From Chiloscyllium plagiosum (Eukaryota): a stretch of DNA of 64,000 nucleotides. Location: NCBI RefSeq assembly GCF_004010195.1, contig NC_057718.1, positions 19,343,905 to 19,407,904 on the forward strand. The letters are read 5' to 3'. Under the pieces are notes generated by a model. It made no database searches. It was given only the letters and a program-made list of their open reading frames with translations, and was not told where the DNA came from. The translations under genes were made by a program, and so were the position numbers. Below, piece by piece: positions 13,150 to 26,269 of the stretch. The number at the start of each line of letters is the position of its first letter. Position 1 is the first letter of the stretch.

Positions 13150-13632
13150 TCTTCAGAAAAGATTTAGAAGGGTTTTGCTAGGGTTGGAGGATTTGAGCTA
13201 CAGGGAGAGGCTGAATAGGCTAGGGCTATTTGCCCTACAACGTTGGAGGCTGAGGGGTAACCTTATAGAAGTTTATAAAATCATGAGGGACATGGATAGG
13301 ATAAATAGACAAGGTCTTTTCCTTGGGGTGGGGGAATCCAGAACTAGAGGGCATAGGTTGAGGATGAGAGGGGAAAGATATAAAAGAGACCTAAGTGGCA
13401 ACTTTTTCATGCAGAGGGTGGTGCGTGTATGAAATGACCTGCCAGAGGAAGTGGTGAAGGCTGGTACAATTGCAACATTTAAAAGGCATCTGGATGAATA
13501 TATGAATAGGAAGGGTTTAGAGGGATATGGGCCAAGTGCTGGCAAATGGGACTAGATTAGGTTGGGATATCTCATAGGCATGGAAGAGTTGGACCGAAGG
13601 GTCTGTTACCGTGCTGTACTTCTCTATGACTC
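13150..13632 (+). mobile_element. CR1 LINE 3' fragment
   Basis: GLEDLSYRERLNRLGLF...LRGNLIEVYKIMR; tail ctctatgact. Confidence 0.92.
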
Positions 13633-13745
13633 ACATCAAATGTTTGCATGGAAGAACAATTTTTATTTGGAAACTTTCAAATGAGAATGCTTATTTGACA
13701 AACTCACTCTTGATGTACCAGAACCAGTGAGACTACAGAACATAC

Positions 13746-13865
13746 CTACGCATTGGCCATTTCTGCCTGTGTATCCATCTGGGCAAGACACACACTCATA
13801 AGAGCCAGGATTGTTAATGCATCTTCCAGACGGACATTTGTTGGAATCCTGGCATTCATCAATGT
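13746..13865 (-). CDS. LTBP1: LTBP1-like cbEGF exon, 120 nt
   Basis: aaattcacag|ACATTGAT...GTAG|gtatgt; DIDECQDSNKCPSGRCINNPGSYECVSCPDGYTGRNGQCV. Confidence 0.95.
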   Translation of the reverse strand, partial: TLMNARIPTNVRLEDALTILALMSVCLAQMDTQAEMANA

Positions 13866-14404
13866 CTGTGAATTTAAACAAATCACAGAGTAAATTCAGC
13901 TGACATTTGAAAAAGCTTCAAGTTCAATTTCAGTGTTCTGAAATAACAGAAAAGGGTGACATTTTAAAGGGACTCCATCCTAGTTCCATAATTGTTAGGT
14001 TGTAGTTCAATTGCTGACAAAACTGCTGAGCTCCTAACAGATTTGGTTATGACACTACGAGTCCACGAGGAGCAGATTTCTGATGGATATTTAAAGACAC
14101 AACCCGGGCCAGTGTGCCTTTAAGATTCATTTGGTGTTCAGGGCTGATGTTAGACAGACAATAATGTCCCAGACACTTCGATGGAGCAGTTCCACACAGT
14201 GCCATCAGAATTAGTTCTGCTTCCCACCCAGCTTCTCAGTGGACCCTGTTGCATTGATCAGTGGCTGAGACTCAAGAGAGCAGTGAGTGGTCAGTCACTG
14301 CAGAGACGCCATTTTTCTTAAAGCCGAGATCATGGCAAATTGGCCAAGCGCTTGGGCCCAACTGCAGCAAGACTCAAGGTTCAGAAGCTAGCATGACTAA
14401 AGAG

Positions 14405-14407
<3 letters not shown>

Positions 14408-14436
<29 letters not shown>
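14408..14436 (+). repeat. (GA)n microsatellite
   Basis: About 14 GA units. Confidence 0.95.
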
Positions 14437-14438
<2 letters not shown>

Positions 14439-15013
14439 AGCCAAACAATCATTAGCAACAAACGAGCTGAGAGCTGCTTTCGTAAACTTTGTGAAGCAAA
14501 AGTGATTAGAATTGCCTACTTAGTGATAATAGTGGCGAAGAAATTAGTTAGGGTGGAGGTTGGGAGGGAGGACATAAAAGGCCATGGCTGCATTTCTTCC
14601 ACCCCACAACCCTTACCACACCCCATTCTCATGCCTTTGATTTCACTCTTGGCAATCGTTTTTTTGGGTGTGCATCCCTTTTGTTTATTTTTCTACATAA
14701 GATTTTCAGATTAATTTTCAGTTCCTCCCTGTAATTCTCCTGGCTCCAGTGTAGCGACTATGACACAACAATGGGTGGCTCAGAGACAAGACTAAATTGG
14801 ACACATACTGCTGCTGTGATTTTTCGAAGAAATTATCCTCCCCTGCCTTCCATACTCCCCCATGTCTTTAACCATCACCTAATTCTGTTGCCAAAATAAT
14901 GTGACAGAAAGGTTTGTGTGAAAATATCCCACTCTATTGCCAAAACCTGCAACTTTATACTTAAAGATATTCAGTACAATAGGATCTGTGAAAGGAACTG
15001 GAGACAGACCCAC

Positions 15014-15133
15014 CTTCACACTGTCCTCTGTTCATTTTGTATCCAGCATCACAGAACTGGCATCTGTAGGAGCCTACAACATTAATGCAATGACCTTCTC
15101 CACAGATATTGGGGCTCAAGCACTCATCAATAT
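15014..15133 (-). CDS. LTBP1: LTBP1-like cbEGF exon, 120 nt
   Basis: ctcctttcaag|ATATTGAT...GAAG|gtgggt; DIDECLSPNICGEGHCINVVGSYRCQFCDAGYKMNRGQCE. Confidence 0.95.
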
Positions 15134-15964
15134 CTTGAAAGGAGATAGAAAAGTATTTGCATTTAGTTGCAAAATAAAATTTGCATCCAGCACAATTCAT
15201 CTGGCAACATATATTTAACAGTGCATGAATAATGTACATCCGGCATTACATTAGTGGTTTATTTATTCTGTGCAATAAAATGTTTAGGTTAAACGATCTC
15301 TTACTGCCTTGACGGACTCTGCTATCAGATTAGTGCAGCATATTTTATCAAATACATACATAAAGAGTTTAACTTCTCCTGATCACTGTTGTTAAAGAAA
15401 TGACATATGCAGGTTAAATTCCTCATGTTCTTTCAAATTTGGCAACACTCCTTCTAAACTAGACAGTTTAACAATTGGGTAAAATTACTGAGGATGAAGA
15501 GTTAAAGACAAGATATGCACTGGCATGTGCAAAACTGTGAGGACTAAGAAACCTCTTACTGAATTCCACTAGCACCAAAGGAAAATCCATCCACTCATAC
15601 TCGAGTGAGTTTATCTTTGTTTGTCAGCTGGTGGCTGATTTTGATAACATTGAGGGAGCATTGACAGTGAGATTATCCCCTGAGTTAACAAGTGGTGATT
15701 CCCAAAACACAATGACTGGGAATTTTCCTGAGGTTTCACCTGTTCCTTATCACACATGGGAAGGTCAAGCAAACCGCGTCCCGACAAGGAGATGTATGTC
15801 ATGCTTCTGTTGGCGAGTGTGAAATTTCCTAATGAAATTCTCTTCACATACTGTTCCCCATTTTCTCCAGTTAAACCGGAACAGGAAAATTGATCAAGTA
15901 AATGTATAGGCTACATTTGAAGTTTGGTAGTGGTTCAAATTCCCTTGCTGTGCAATTTTTAAAA

Positions 15965-16297
15965 TCGTAGAGTCCCTGAAGTGCAGAAAGAGACCACTTG
16001 GCCCATCGAGTCCACACTGACTCTCCGAAAAGCATCCCACCCAGACCCAGACGCTGACTTCATCTCCATAACACTGCATTTTCCATGGCTAACCCACCCA
16101 GCCTGCACATCCCTGGATACTATGGGGCAATTTAGCATGGTCCCACCTAATCTTTGGACCATGAGAGGAAATCAGAGCACCTGGAGGAAACCCAGGCAGA
16201 CACAGGGAGAATGTGCAAATCCCATACCAACAGTCACCCAAGGGTGGAATCGAACCCAGATCCCTGGCACTGTGAGGCTGCAGTGCTAACCACTATA
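15965..16297 (-). mobile_element. HE1-like V-SINE
   Basis: Same head, core and tail as the other copies, on the minus strand; lies about 40 bp from the donor of exon 16334-16456. Confidence 0.85.
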
Positions 16298-16333
16298 TCA
16301 CCCTTGCAATCCTACCAACATGTCAAGCATTAC

Positions 16334-16456
16334 CAGCGCATTCTGTTCCTCCGTCTGATGTGAACCCTCGATGACAGAGGCAGCGGAAGCTTCCCACTGT
16401 GTTCTTACAGTATCCATTGGAACACGGGCGCGGAATCTGTGCACATTCATCCACAT
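16334..16456 (-). CDS. LTBP1: LTBP1-like cbEGF exon, 123 nt
   Basis: tctgttccag|ATGTGGAT...GCTG|gtaatg; [41 protein letters not shown]. Confidence 0.95.
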
Positions 16457-17006
16457 CTGGAACAGATAGACTGCAGTCAGAAGGAGTAAGGTACATTCAT
16501 CCTGGTTTGGCTTTGGGTTTCAGAATGGGAGGAATGCACCAAGAGCATGGACAAAGTGAGGTCTGGTCCAAGATAGCAGAGAAGACCATGGATCCAAACA
16601 ACATCCTTCAGCGAGAGAGTCAGGCTGAACACTTCCTGATCTGCAAAGCCATGCCTGATCCTTGGATTATCTGCCCCTCATTTGTACCTGTCTGTCTCCT
16701 TGCCCCTCTGTCCTTAAAATTGGTAAGGACCAATAATGGATTATGATTGCCACTTGAGCTTTCTCAAGACTTTGAAATGTTTGTTACCCAACTTGAAATT
16801 AGCCCATCAATGATTACCGCGTCTTCAAAGTTCACGTACATGTGGCCTCTGACACCTGCTGTATCTGACTGGATCAGCACTTTGAAGCTGTCCTGATGGG
16901 GCAGTAGCAGAAAATAGGATGCGGCCAATATATATCTGTTGCAGTCACTCAGGGCCAATCTGCTGTATGACACTGAAAGGGAAAACTATATGTTATATTG
17001 TCTTAC

Positions 17007-17132
17007 CAATGCAAGCAGTTTTCACTGTGTTGAGCTGGTAGCCAGGATCACAGTTACACGTGTATCCCTCTGGTAGATTGATACATTGGCCGGGTCCACA
17101 GATCCGAGGATCAACCGAGCACTCATCGATTT
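17007..17132 (-). CDS. LTBP1: LTBP1-like cbEGF exon, 126 nt
   Basis: gctttcag|AAATCGAT...ATTG|gtaaga; EIDECSVDPRICGPGQCINLPEGYTCNCDPGYQLNTVKTACI. Confidence 0.95.
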
Positions 17133-18361
17133 CTGAAAGCCAAACATTCCACGTTTCAGTAAATTGGTAATAGATATTGAAGCCACTTTGGTTTAATGGA
17201 CCACAAATCTGTCGTGATATATCTTGCTTTAATAAAGATATTTTCTATAAGTGCAACAACTACTTGTATTTATATAGCACCTTAGGTAAAATGTCCAAGC
17301 ATTCATCAGTACAAGTGTGAATTGCATTAATCTGCACTTTGATAAATGTGAAACAGATCCTGCTTTCCAACCAGACCATGCCAACCATAATGCCAAACTT
17401 AACTAAGTCAGTGTGGTGTGGCCACATCAGCTCACTACACTGTATGAGTTGTTCTTCTCAGTGAAAATTGCTGCCATTATCCTGTTTAAGTATCGGAACA
17501 ACAAGGCCTACTTGGTCAAGCGTGGTAGAGGAAAACTGCTTCCTGGTCTTTCACTGTTAACAAGATACAGTTCATTGCACTAGTTACAGATGACATTGAC
17601 ATAATGGTCATTATTACAGAGACTTGAAAGAAGACATGATGTTAGGTTGCACTCCTCCAAGTCCCTGCCCACAAATCTATGTGACATCAGCAGAGTGGGC
17701 GGCGCTAATGAATGCCACAGTATTAACCCTTTCAGACCCACATGCAACAAAATGTATTTGAAATATTGAACTCAATTCTCAATATGTTTCCCTGGGACGA
17801 CTTAAAAGGAACAGTATTAGCAGTTATAAACTTCGATGGTAGTATGAAAACAATGCCTGTGATTCATATGAAGTCGACATCAAAGGAGACCATTCAGCCT
17901 GTTGATTTCTTGCTATCTGCAAGAGCAATTTAACTAATCCCATGCCCTCTGACCTCTCTCCATTCCTCTGTAACTTATCCAAATCCTCTTTGCAAGCAAT
18001 GCCTGAAATGACTCTGGCCATCCTTTCCAGCAATGGATCCCAGATCGTAAACACTTGGTAAATGGAAGAAAGCTTTTCCTCAAAGTCACCTTTGTTTATT
18101 TTTTCAATCACCTTAACCTGGTGTTGTTTGGTGCCTAACTTCTCAGCCAAAGTGAACAACTCCTCCCTGACTTATCCTCCATTCCTGCAGCCCTGTCCCT
18201 GCAAAGTAGACCAAACTATGTAAACTTTGATAAGTTTGCAGAGGAGAAGGAAATGTTACAGAGTGTCATGCTGCAAACCCTTCACCTTTTACCTCTGTTG
18301 TTAATTAAGTGGAAGCTGTTTGAATGCCCACCAAATTGGAAGCTTGCTGAAGATGGTGGCA

Positions 18362-19320
18362 TTGACTGATTGATTTATCGTTGTCACATGAACTGAGATA
18401 CAGTGAAAAGTGTTGTTTTGCGTGTTATATGGGCAGATCATACCATACAAGGTGCAGCAGGGTAGCAGAACAGAGCGAAGAATACAATGTTACAGTCACA
18501 GAGAAGGTGCAGAGAGAGAGATCAGAATTAATATTCAAAATATTAATTCAAAAATTTGATAACAGCAGGTAAGAAGCTGTTCTTGAATCTGTTTGTACAT
18601 ATATTCAAACTTTATTATCTTCTCACCGATGGAAGAGAGCGGAATAGAGTATAACCGGGATGGGAGGAGTCTTTGATTATATTGGTTGCTTTCCCGACGC
18701 AGTGGGAAGTATAGGTGGGGTTAGTAGATGGGAAAAAGTGAGGACTACAGATGCTGGAGATCAGAGTTTAAAATGTGTTGCTGAAAAAGCGCAGCAGGTC
18801 AGGCAGCAGGCTGGCTTGCCTGATGGACTGAACTGAGTTCACAACTCTCTGTAGTTTCTTGCAGCCTTGGGAACGACAGTTGCTGTTCACACTGTGATGC
18901 ATCCAGATAGGACGCTTTCTATGATGCATCAATAAAAGTTGGTAAGAGACTTTGAGAACATGCTGAACTTCCTTAGCATCCTGAGGAAGTAGAGACATTG
19001 TTGCGCTTTCTTGTCTGTCATGTCAACATGAGTGGACCAGGACAGATAGTTGGTGATCATCACTCCCAGGAACTTGATGCTCTCAACCACATCCACCTCT
19101 GCACCATTGATGCAGACAGGAACGTGCCCTCCACTCCCCTTCCTGAAGTCATCGACCAATTTTGTTAACGTTGACAGAGAGATTGGTGTCTTCACACCAT
19201 GCCGCTAAGCACTCAATTTATTTTCTATGTTCTATCTCGTTGTTGTTTAAGACTCGACCTACAACGATAGTGTTGTCAGCAAACTTGTAAATGGAGTTGG
19301 GATGATATTTGGCCACACAG
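18362..19320 (-). mobile_element. Rex1/Babar-like LINE 3' fragment, interrupted by a family A PLE terminus at about 18733-18808
   Basis: Minus strand reads ...DFRKGSGGHVPVCINGAEVDVVESIKFLGV.IT..LSWSTH...KKAQQCLYFLRMLRKF...LTNFY and KKLQRVVNSVQSI, typical of this RT C-terminus. Confidence 0.75.
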
Positions 19321-21294
19321 ACTCTGTAGTTACACTGTCCCTGGCATCAAATCTTCTTACAAGCCTGAAATGTGCAAGGGAATCACCTTGCTCGCAGTTT
19401 TATACTGTCATGTTGCAGTCACAGAATCAAAATGACTGTTTTCTTTGGCAAATGCTGAGATTAACCATAGCAGCCCGATGAGATGACATATTTACTTTTC
19501 ATGGCAAGCTTCGAGGTCACAGTTGAATGGGTTTCCCAGATGATTTACTGGAGGAATCTGGGCCAGTCCTGCTGCAGGTTATGATGCAGACAGAATGTTG
19601 ATCTTCCTTTACAACATATACATCAAGTCCCTTCACTTTGAACTCCTTGACTTCTGACAAATGAGCTGGGGACATTGCCAATGAAGTTAAATTGCAGCTT
19701 TGGAAGAAAAGGCTCCATTATAGCAATCATTGTTATGGTTTGCTTGAAGTAAAACCAACACTTAAAAAAAGGAGCATACAATCTCCTGTATTCTCCCACA
19801 ATCCAAAATACCACATTCTTCAATGTTCCCCAGGGTCCTTCCTGCCACAGTTTTCCGTGAGAGAGCCTGGTCTACTTTGGAAGGTTATGAATGGCAATTC
19901 ACAGTCCATCCTCTCTATTCACAACGTCACGACTATTGGCTAAAAGCTCCACAGTTAGACTGTGAGAAGGCCTTTGGCCAACGGAATTCCTGCAATAAAT
20001 CAAAATAAATCCAATATTATTGGTATTACTCTGTCCTCAGTGTTGGTTTGGTTGGGATGGTGAAGTTGACATTCTCACCAATTTGCAATGCGTTAACAGC
20101 CAGGGACATGGTGTATCTTGTACTATGCTGGAAAAAGCCAGGCTGACCTTCATCCTGTATGCTGAGGAGTGTGTCATAATTAAGACCATAACTGACTTCA
20201 CATGAACACAAAACTAAATATGTAAATCCTTGAAGGTCAAGTAAACAACAAGGAGAATTGCTAATTTATAATGCAGGCATATAAAATAATTGCACATCCT
20301 TAATGTCAGTGCACAGTGTTATAAGGTATAGTGCAATTATCCTCACGTGCACGAAAGCCCATTTAAAATTGATACAGACAAAATCAAGATCTTGATCAAT
20401 GTTTCATACACATTAATATTCCTGTTGGCTCTAATGAACGCAACAAATTACATAAAAATCAAAGCAAACATTGCCAAAACATTGTTTTGGATTAGCTTTC
20501 TTCCCTCATTCCTATTTATGATTATGGTTACACAAACATTCAATATTTTCTCTACAAATAAGTGAGTAAATTCAATATACATCGCAAGCACTTGGAAAAC
20601 TTGTGTAAATTTGTATTCTCAGTCATTGTGTCTTCCCAGAGACAGAAACAGAAGGCAGGTGGAAGAAGAGAGAAAATCCAGACATAATGGACATCAGGAG
20701 CAGCACTGTGTAAGGAAGTAGGACAATAACATCTGTATCCTGTTCTGGCAGGGCCCAAGCTTTCTGGAAAGACGTACACTTCTGAGAATTACCTCTTAGG
20801 ATAATCAAAAAAAAGAATTCAGGAAATGTTTGGACATGTAGGGAATTGTAATTACCTACTGAGTCACTTTGGGGCCAATTTTCCAATTAGTTGCTGGCGG
20901 CAATGGGAATGTCAGTCATTGATTTTCATCAACAGAGGATTACAGGCAGGGCACTCATCTTTTTCTGACATGTTATGCCAACAGTCAATGCCACTCAGCT
21001 ACTAGAAGGTTACACTGAAATGTCCTTGGGCATGATGGCATTGCATTTGCTTCAATTCCTGGTTTTGCCTCAGAAGCAACGGTGGTAAACGTGTTCAGAA
21101 AACAAGACAGAATCAATCACCTGCTGTACAGAAAGCAGCCGCACGAGGAAGGCAAGTATAGTAGGATGGGCTGTTAAGGTGGAAGGAACGAGGCTGTGTG
21201 CAGAAACATGTCAGCAAGGACCAGCAGGGCTGAATGGCCTGTTTCTGCGCAATACCTGATTTCAGTCAGTGAGCAGTACTGGTAGAACCAAAAC

Positions 21295-21431
21295 CTTCCT
21301 CAGGAAGGGTCATTCAACCTGAAACGTTAACTCTGATTTCTCTCCACAGATGCTGCCAGACTTGCTGAGTTTTTCCAGCAACTTCTGTTTTTGTTTCGGA
21401 TCGAGAGCATCCGCAGTTCTTTTGGTTTTTA
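21295..21431 (+). mobile_element. PLE-type terminal repeat, family B, single arm
   Basis: caggaagggtcattcaacctgaaacgttaactctgatttctctccacagatgctgcc... Confidence 0.75.
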
Positions 21432-21559
21432 CTGTGATAAACAAGTTGGCAGCCATTGTCGACCAGTGCTCCCATCCTGCCCCTATTTTGAGGCTTGAAT
21501 ACTATCTTTTGAATACAACAGAACACCCTCAACCCCTAGTCCTCATCTTCCATCCTCCA

Positions 21560-22378
21560 CTGCATACATTGCATCATCCTGTGCCACTTTTGCCACATCC
21601 AAACAGACCCCACCACCAGAGTTATATTTCCCTCCCCACCCCTACCAGCATTCCAGAGAGTCCATTCCCTCTATGACTCCTTCATCAGGTCCACCCCCAC
21701 CCCAACAACACCCCCCCGCACACCACTCCCCTCACCTCCTTCCAAGGCCCCAAAGGATCCTTCCACATCCAACAGAAATTCACCCGTACTTCTACCAATG
21801 TCATCTACTGTATCCGTTGCACCCGGTGTGTTCTCCTCTACACTGGGAAGACAGGATGCCTTCTTGCGAATCATTTCAGAGAACACCTCTGGGACACACA
21901 CACCCACCAACCCCACCACCCATGGGCTGAACATTTCAACTCCCCCTCCCACTCTGCCAAGGACATACAGGTCCTGGGCTTCCTCCATCGTCAAACCATT
22001 ACCACGCGACGCCTGGAGGAAGAGTGCCTCATATTCTACCTTGCGACCCTGCAACCACACGGGATCAGTTTCCTCATTTCCCCTCCCCTCACATTATCCC
22101 ATTCCCAAGCCCGAACTCAGCACCACCCTCCTGACCTGTCCATCACTTTCCCCATCTATCTGCTTCACCCTCCTCTCCAATCTACCACCTTCTCCCTCAC
22201 CTTCATCGACCTGTCGCATTCTCAGCTACCTTACCCCCCCAGTCCCTATTTATCTCTCAAACCCCTGGGCCCACAGCCTCATTGCTGATGAATGGCTTTT
22301 GCCTGAAACATCAATTCTCCTGCTCCTCAGATGCTGCCTGACCTGCTGTGTTTTTCCAGCGCCACACTCTCAACTCTT
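21560..22378 (+). mobile_element. Penelope-like element 3' fragment (degenerate GIY-YIG endonuclease plus family A terminal repeat)
   Basis: QGPKGSFHIQQKFTRTSTNVIYCIRCTRCVLLYTGKTG...FREHL; ends in gctgatgaatggcttttgcctgaaacatc...ccagcgccacactctc. Confidence 0.88.
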
Positions 22379-22389
22379 GAATACTGTCC

Positions 22390-22590
22390 GCATTGTGATA
22401 TTGCAGATATCTATGATATTGCATCAATGGTACTGTAGATGTTAATGATATGACATGTTACATATGACATTGTTAGTATCTATGATACTACATGTATCCA
22501 TGATATTTCATGTACTGATGATCAGACAAACATGTTTCTTTGAGAGTTTAATGACAAAATCAACATGATATCATGTCATGTGATATTCTT
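22390..22590. repeat. AT-rich low-complexity (ATGATA-like) degenerate repeat
   Basis: Recurrent atgata/tgatat/catg motifs. Confidence 0.6.
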
Positions 22591-24109
22591 CTCTAAAAGT
22601 ATTGGCCCTCTTGAATTACTATTGCTGCCCTTTTCAATCCCTCAGGAAAACAGTTAGTCAATAAGGCTGTTAAGGAATAGAGCCCAGAGCATATAGATGT
22701 TTAATGAATTTAGTTTCTCTGTGGATAGTTCTTCCAATACTTGATCTCAGTGAGAATAGTGTTCATGTTATCAGGGTTAACAGTTAGAAAACACATCAGT
22801 CACAATCTTTCATCAGTGGGAATGACGAGGGTGCAGGGATGTGCAAGATCTGGGAGAGCATGGGGGGGGGAGTACTGGGGAAAGATCCCATTGAAAATAG
22901 GAGCCCATCAGAGCTGGAAGGCAGCTGTTGTAAATCAGCCAGAGAACTGCAAAGACCATTACTGCCTTGGAGCTCTCTTCGCAACATTTCAGCTCACAAA
23001 CGCACCAGTTTGGGAAGCATTGGTGCAGGCTAATCTAAGGATTCCACACAGGTAGTGATCATGGAATTCTGGCCCACCCAATTCCACATTCCTGGTGTAA
23101 ACTGATCTCATCCCAGATTGTAGCAGGAAGCCAGTGGTCCTTTGCCCTGGATAAAGGAGGGGGAGAAACAGGTCAATCATTCCACTTTGGATTGCTATCC
23201 TGTGAGCCTTGGTGGAGACTGTGTGCTCCAGGCAGAGCCAGGATTAGATTCAGCTATGTTGTTCCCCACTGTCACTCTGAATGCACCCATCACCCAGACT
23301 CACTTTGACAAATTTTATATTACAGGAAGTAGCCTTTTGGCCCATCACACTTATGCTAGCACTCTGGAAGAGCTCTCCACTTTTTCTCCCATTTCCTAGG
23401 CTTTTGTGAAGCAATCTGTTTCCAATTTTGGGTAATACCTTTTTTCTGGTTGTTATGGATTTTGCCTTCACCACAATCTCTGCCAATTATTCCCCTTTCT
23501 TCAATAATCTTACTCGATGAGCGGCCTGGTAGGAAAAGGGTTTCAGCAGCTCATCTCCCCCAACCCTGCAGCATGTCAGGCCTATTCCTGGCCAACACGT
23601 GTCTTCAGGTAGCAGTTCAGTTCCAGCTTGCCGTGAAGCAGCTTCAACTGATGCAATAACAACAGGGTAGTTATAGTGGGTGACTTTAACTTCCCCAATA
23701 TTGACTGCGACTCCCGAAGAGCAAAACACTTAGATGGGGTTGAATTTGCAATGTGCATCCAAAAGGGTTTCTTGAAACTGTATATGGACAGTCCAACTGG
23801 AGGAGGGGCCAAATGGGACCCTGTACTGGTGAATGAGCCTTGCCAGGTGACTGACCTTTCAGTGGGAGAACATTTTGGGAACAGTGATCACAACTCTTTA
23901 AGTTTTAAGATAGCTCTGAATAAGGATAAGTCAAGACTTTGTTGCAAGATACTAACTTGGGGTAGGGCAGTGTTAGGCCGGAGTTAGGGAGTGTTAATTG
24001 GGAGGAGTTGTTATTGGACAAGTTTGAATGTGGGAGTTGTTTAAAGGCCTACTGGTCAGAGTTCGGGACCAGTATGTTCCAACCAAGGAGAAAGGACAAG
24101 GATGGGAAT

Positions 24110-24287
24110 GAGAAAGTGAGGACTGCAGATGCTGGAGATCAGAGTCGAAGAGTGTGGTGCTGGTAAAGGACAGCAGGTCAGGCAACATCTGAGTAGCAGG
24201 AGAGTCGATGTTTCAAGCATAAGCTCTTCATCAGCTTATGAAAAGCTTATGCTCGAAGCATTGACTCTTGTTCCTTGGATGCTGCCC
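24110..24287. mobile_element. PLE-terminus hairpin element, family A, nested in CR1
   Basis: gagaaagtgaggactgcagatgctggag... followed by a short inverted arm; it coincides with a deletion in the CR1. Confidence 0.8.
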
Positions 24288-25728
24288 AATGGTATCTACC
24301 CCAGGTTATTGAGAGAAACAAGAGAAGAGATTGCTGGGGCCTTGACTGAGATCTTTGTATCTTCACTCTCCAGTAGAGAGGACTCTAATCATATCAGCAC
24401 CTCTGTTCCTCTGTTCAAGAGAGGAAATAGGGATAATCCAGAAACTATAGACCGCTGAGTCTCACACTGGTGGTTGAGAAGCGATTGGAGAGAATTTTTA
24501 GGAATAAGGTTTAAGTGCATTTGGAAAAGCACAGCCTAATTAGTGATTCTTTTGTGCAGGGCAGGTGATGCACAAGTAACTTGATTGAATTTTTCGAGGA
24601 GGTGATCAATGAAGGTAGAGCAATGGATGCTGCCTACATGGATTTTAGTAAGACTTTCGACATGGTTCCTCATGATAAGCTAAGCTTCAGATGCATGGGA
24701 TCCACAGTGACTTAGCCACTTGGATTCAGAATTGGTTTGCCTGTAGAAGGCAGAGGTTAGTGGTGGAAGGGTGTTTGTCAGGCTGGAGGCCCGTGGCTAG
24801 TGGTGTTCCGCAGGGATCCATACTAGGACCTCTGCTGTTTGCGATATACATAAATGACTTGATGAAAATGTAGATGGGTGGTTCAGTAAGTTTGCAGATG
24901 ATACAAAGATTGGGGGAATTGTGGAGAGTGTAGAAGGTTGTCAAAGGATACAGATCAGTTGCAGCCATCCGCGGAAAAATGGCAGATGGCATTTAACTCG
25001 GGTAAGTGTGAGGTGATGCACTTTGGGAGATCAAATGTTGAGGAAAAGTGTACAGTTAATGGCAGGACCACAAACATCATTGATGTACAGACAGCTCTTG
25101 GGGTTCAAGTCCATAGCTCCCTGAAAGTGGCCATACAAGTACATAGGGTGCTAAAGAAGGCTTATAGCATGCTTGTCTTCTTTGGTCAGGGAACTGAGTA
25201 TAAGAGTCAGGATGTCATGTTGCAGCTTTATAAGATTTTGGCTCGGTCACACATCCGCCACATTACAGGAAGAATGTGGAGACTTTGGAGAGGATGCAGA
25301 AGAGGTTTAACAGGGTACTGAGGGATCAGAGGGTATGAGCTATAAGGAGAGGCTAGTCAAGTTCGGGTTGTTTTCCCTGCAGTGACCAAGGCTGAGGGGA
25401 GACTTGAAAGAAGTCTATACAATTATGAGACGCATAGATAGGGTTGACAGTCAAAATACTTTTCCCAGAGTTTAATACGAGGGGGCCTGCATTTAAGGTG
25501 AGACGGGGAAAGTTCAAAGGAGATGTGAGGGGCATGTTTTTACACAGAGAATTGTCAGAGTCTGGAACGCACTACCAGGGTTGGTAAAGGAGGCAGATAC
25601 AATAGGGGCGTTTAAGGGACTTCTAGATGAGCAGACAAATATGCAAGGAATGGAGGTATGTGGACCAAGGGCAGGCTGAAGGGACTATTTTAACTTGGCA
25701 TCATGTTCGGCACAAGATCGTGGGTCAA

Positions 25729-25898
25729 AGGGCCTGTTCCTGTGCAGCACTGTTCTATGTTCAGGGCCTGTTCCTGTGCTGCACTGTTCTATGTTCAGGG
25801 CCTGTTCCTGTGCAGCACTGTTCTATGTTCAGGGCCTGTTCCTGTGCTGCACTGTTCTATGTTCAGGGCCTGTTCCTGTGCAGCACTGTTCTATGCTC
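25729..25898 (+). repeat. 5 x 34-bp tandem repeat of the CR1 3' terminus
   Basis: Unit AGGGCCTGTTCCTGTGC(A/T)GCACTGTTCTATGTTC starts at 25729, 25763, 25797, 25831 and 25865. Confidence 0.97.
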
Positions 25899-26269
25899 TA
25901 TGTAACTGCAGAGAGAACTCCATTTTCTGCTCTTAACTGATTTGCCTAATTATTTCCAACGTCAGCATCTAATTCAGAGTTGGGAAGAGAAAATTAGTTT
26001 GCACCAAATTTTGAGAGTAAGGCACATCAGTACAATGTCACTGTGTGTCCAGAAGCTGTTGAATTTGACCAAGCTCTCCTGTCCATGACACCCACAATCC
26101 ATGTGCTCACTAATGCTGCGATCTTCTGTAATGTCTGTGTAACGATAATGGTTTGACTGTGTATAGCCTGAAATGGTATTCAGAGCTCAATCAGTGCTAA
26201 CTCTGCTTATTTTTTTCCCAATTTCAAAGCCAAGTCCTTAAACGCTAAGCATTATGGCACTCATTAACA

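Larger units (their letters stand above)
23660..25905 (+). mobile_element. CR1 LINE, internally deleted ORF2 remnants (APE endonuclease and RT)
   Basis: [56 protein letters not shown]; multiple stops and frameshifts. Confidence 0.92.

Noticed and set aside
21798..22445. 215-aa ORF, the longest in the track
   Set aside because: Off-frame read of a decayed Penelope-like element; the GIY-YIG similarity is in another, interrupted frame.
25729..25898. CRISPR-like array of 34-bp repeats
   Set aside because: The repeats are contiguous with no spacers, derive from a CR1 3' end and sit in vertebrate DNA with no cas genes.
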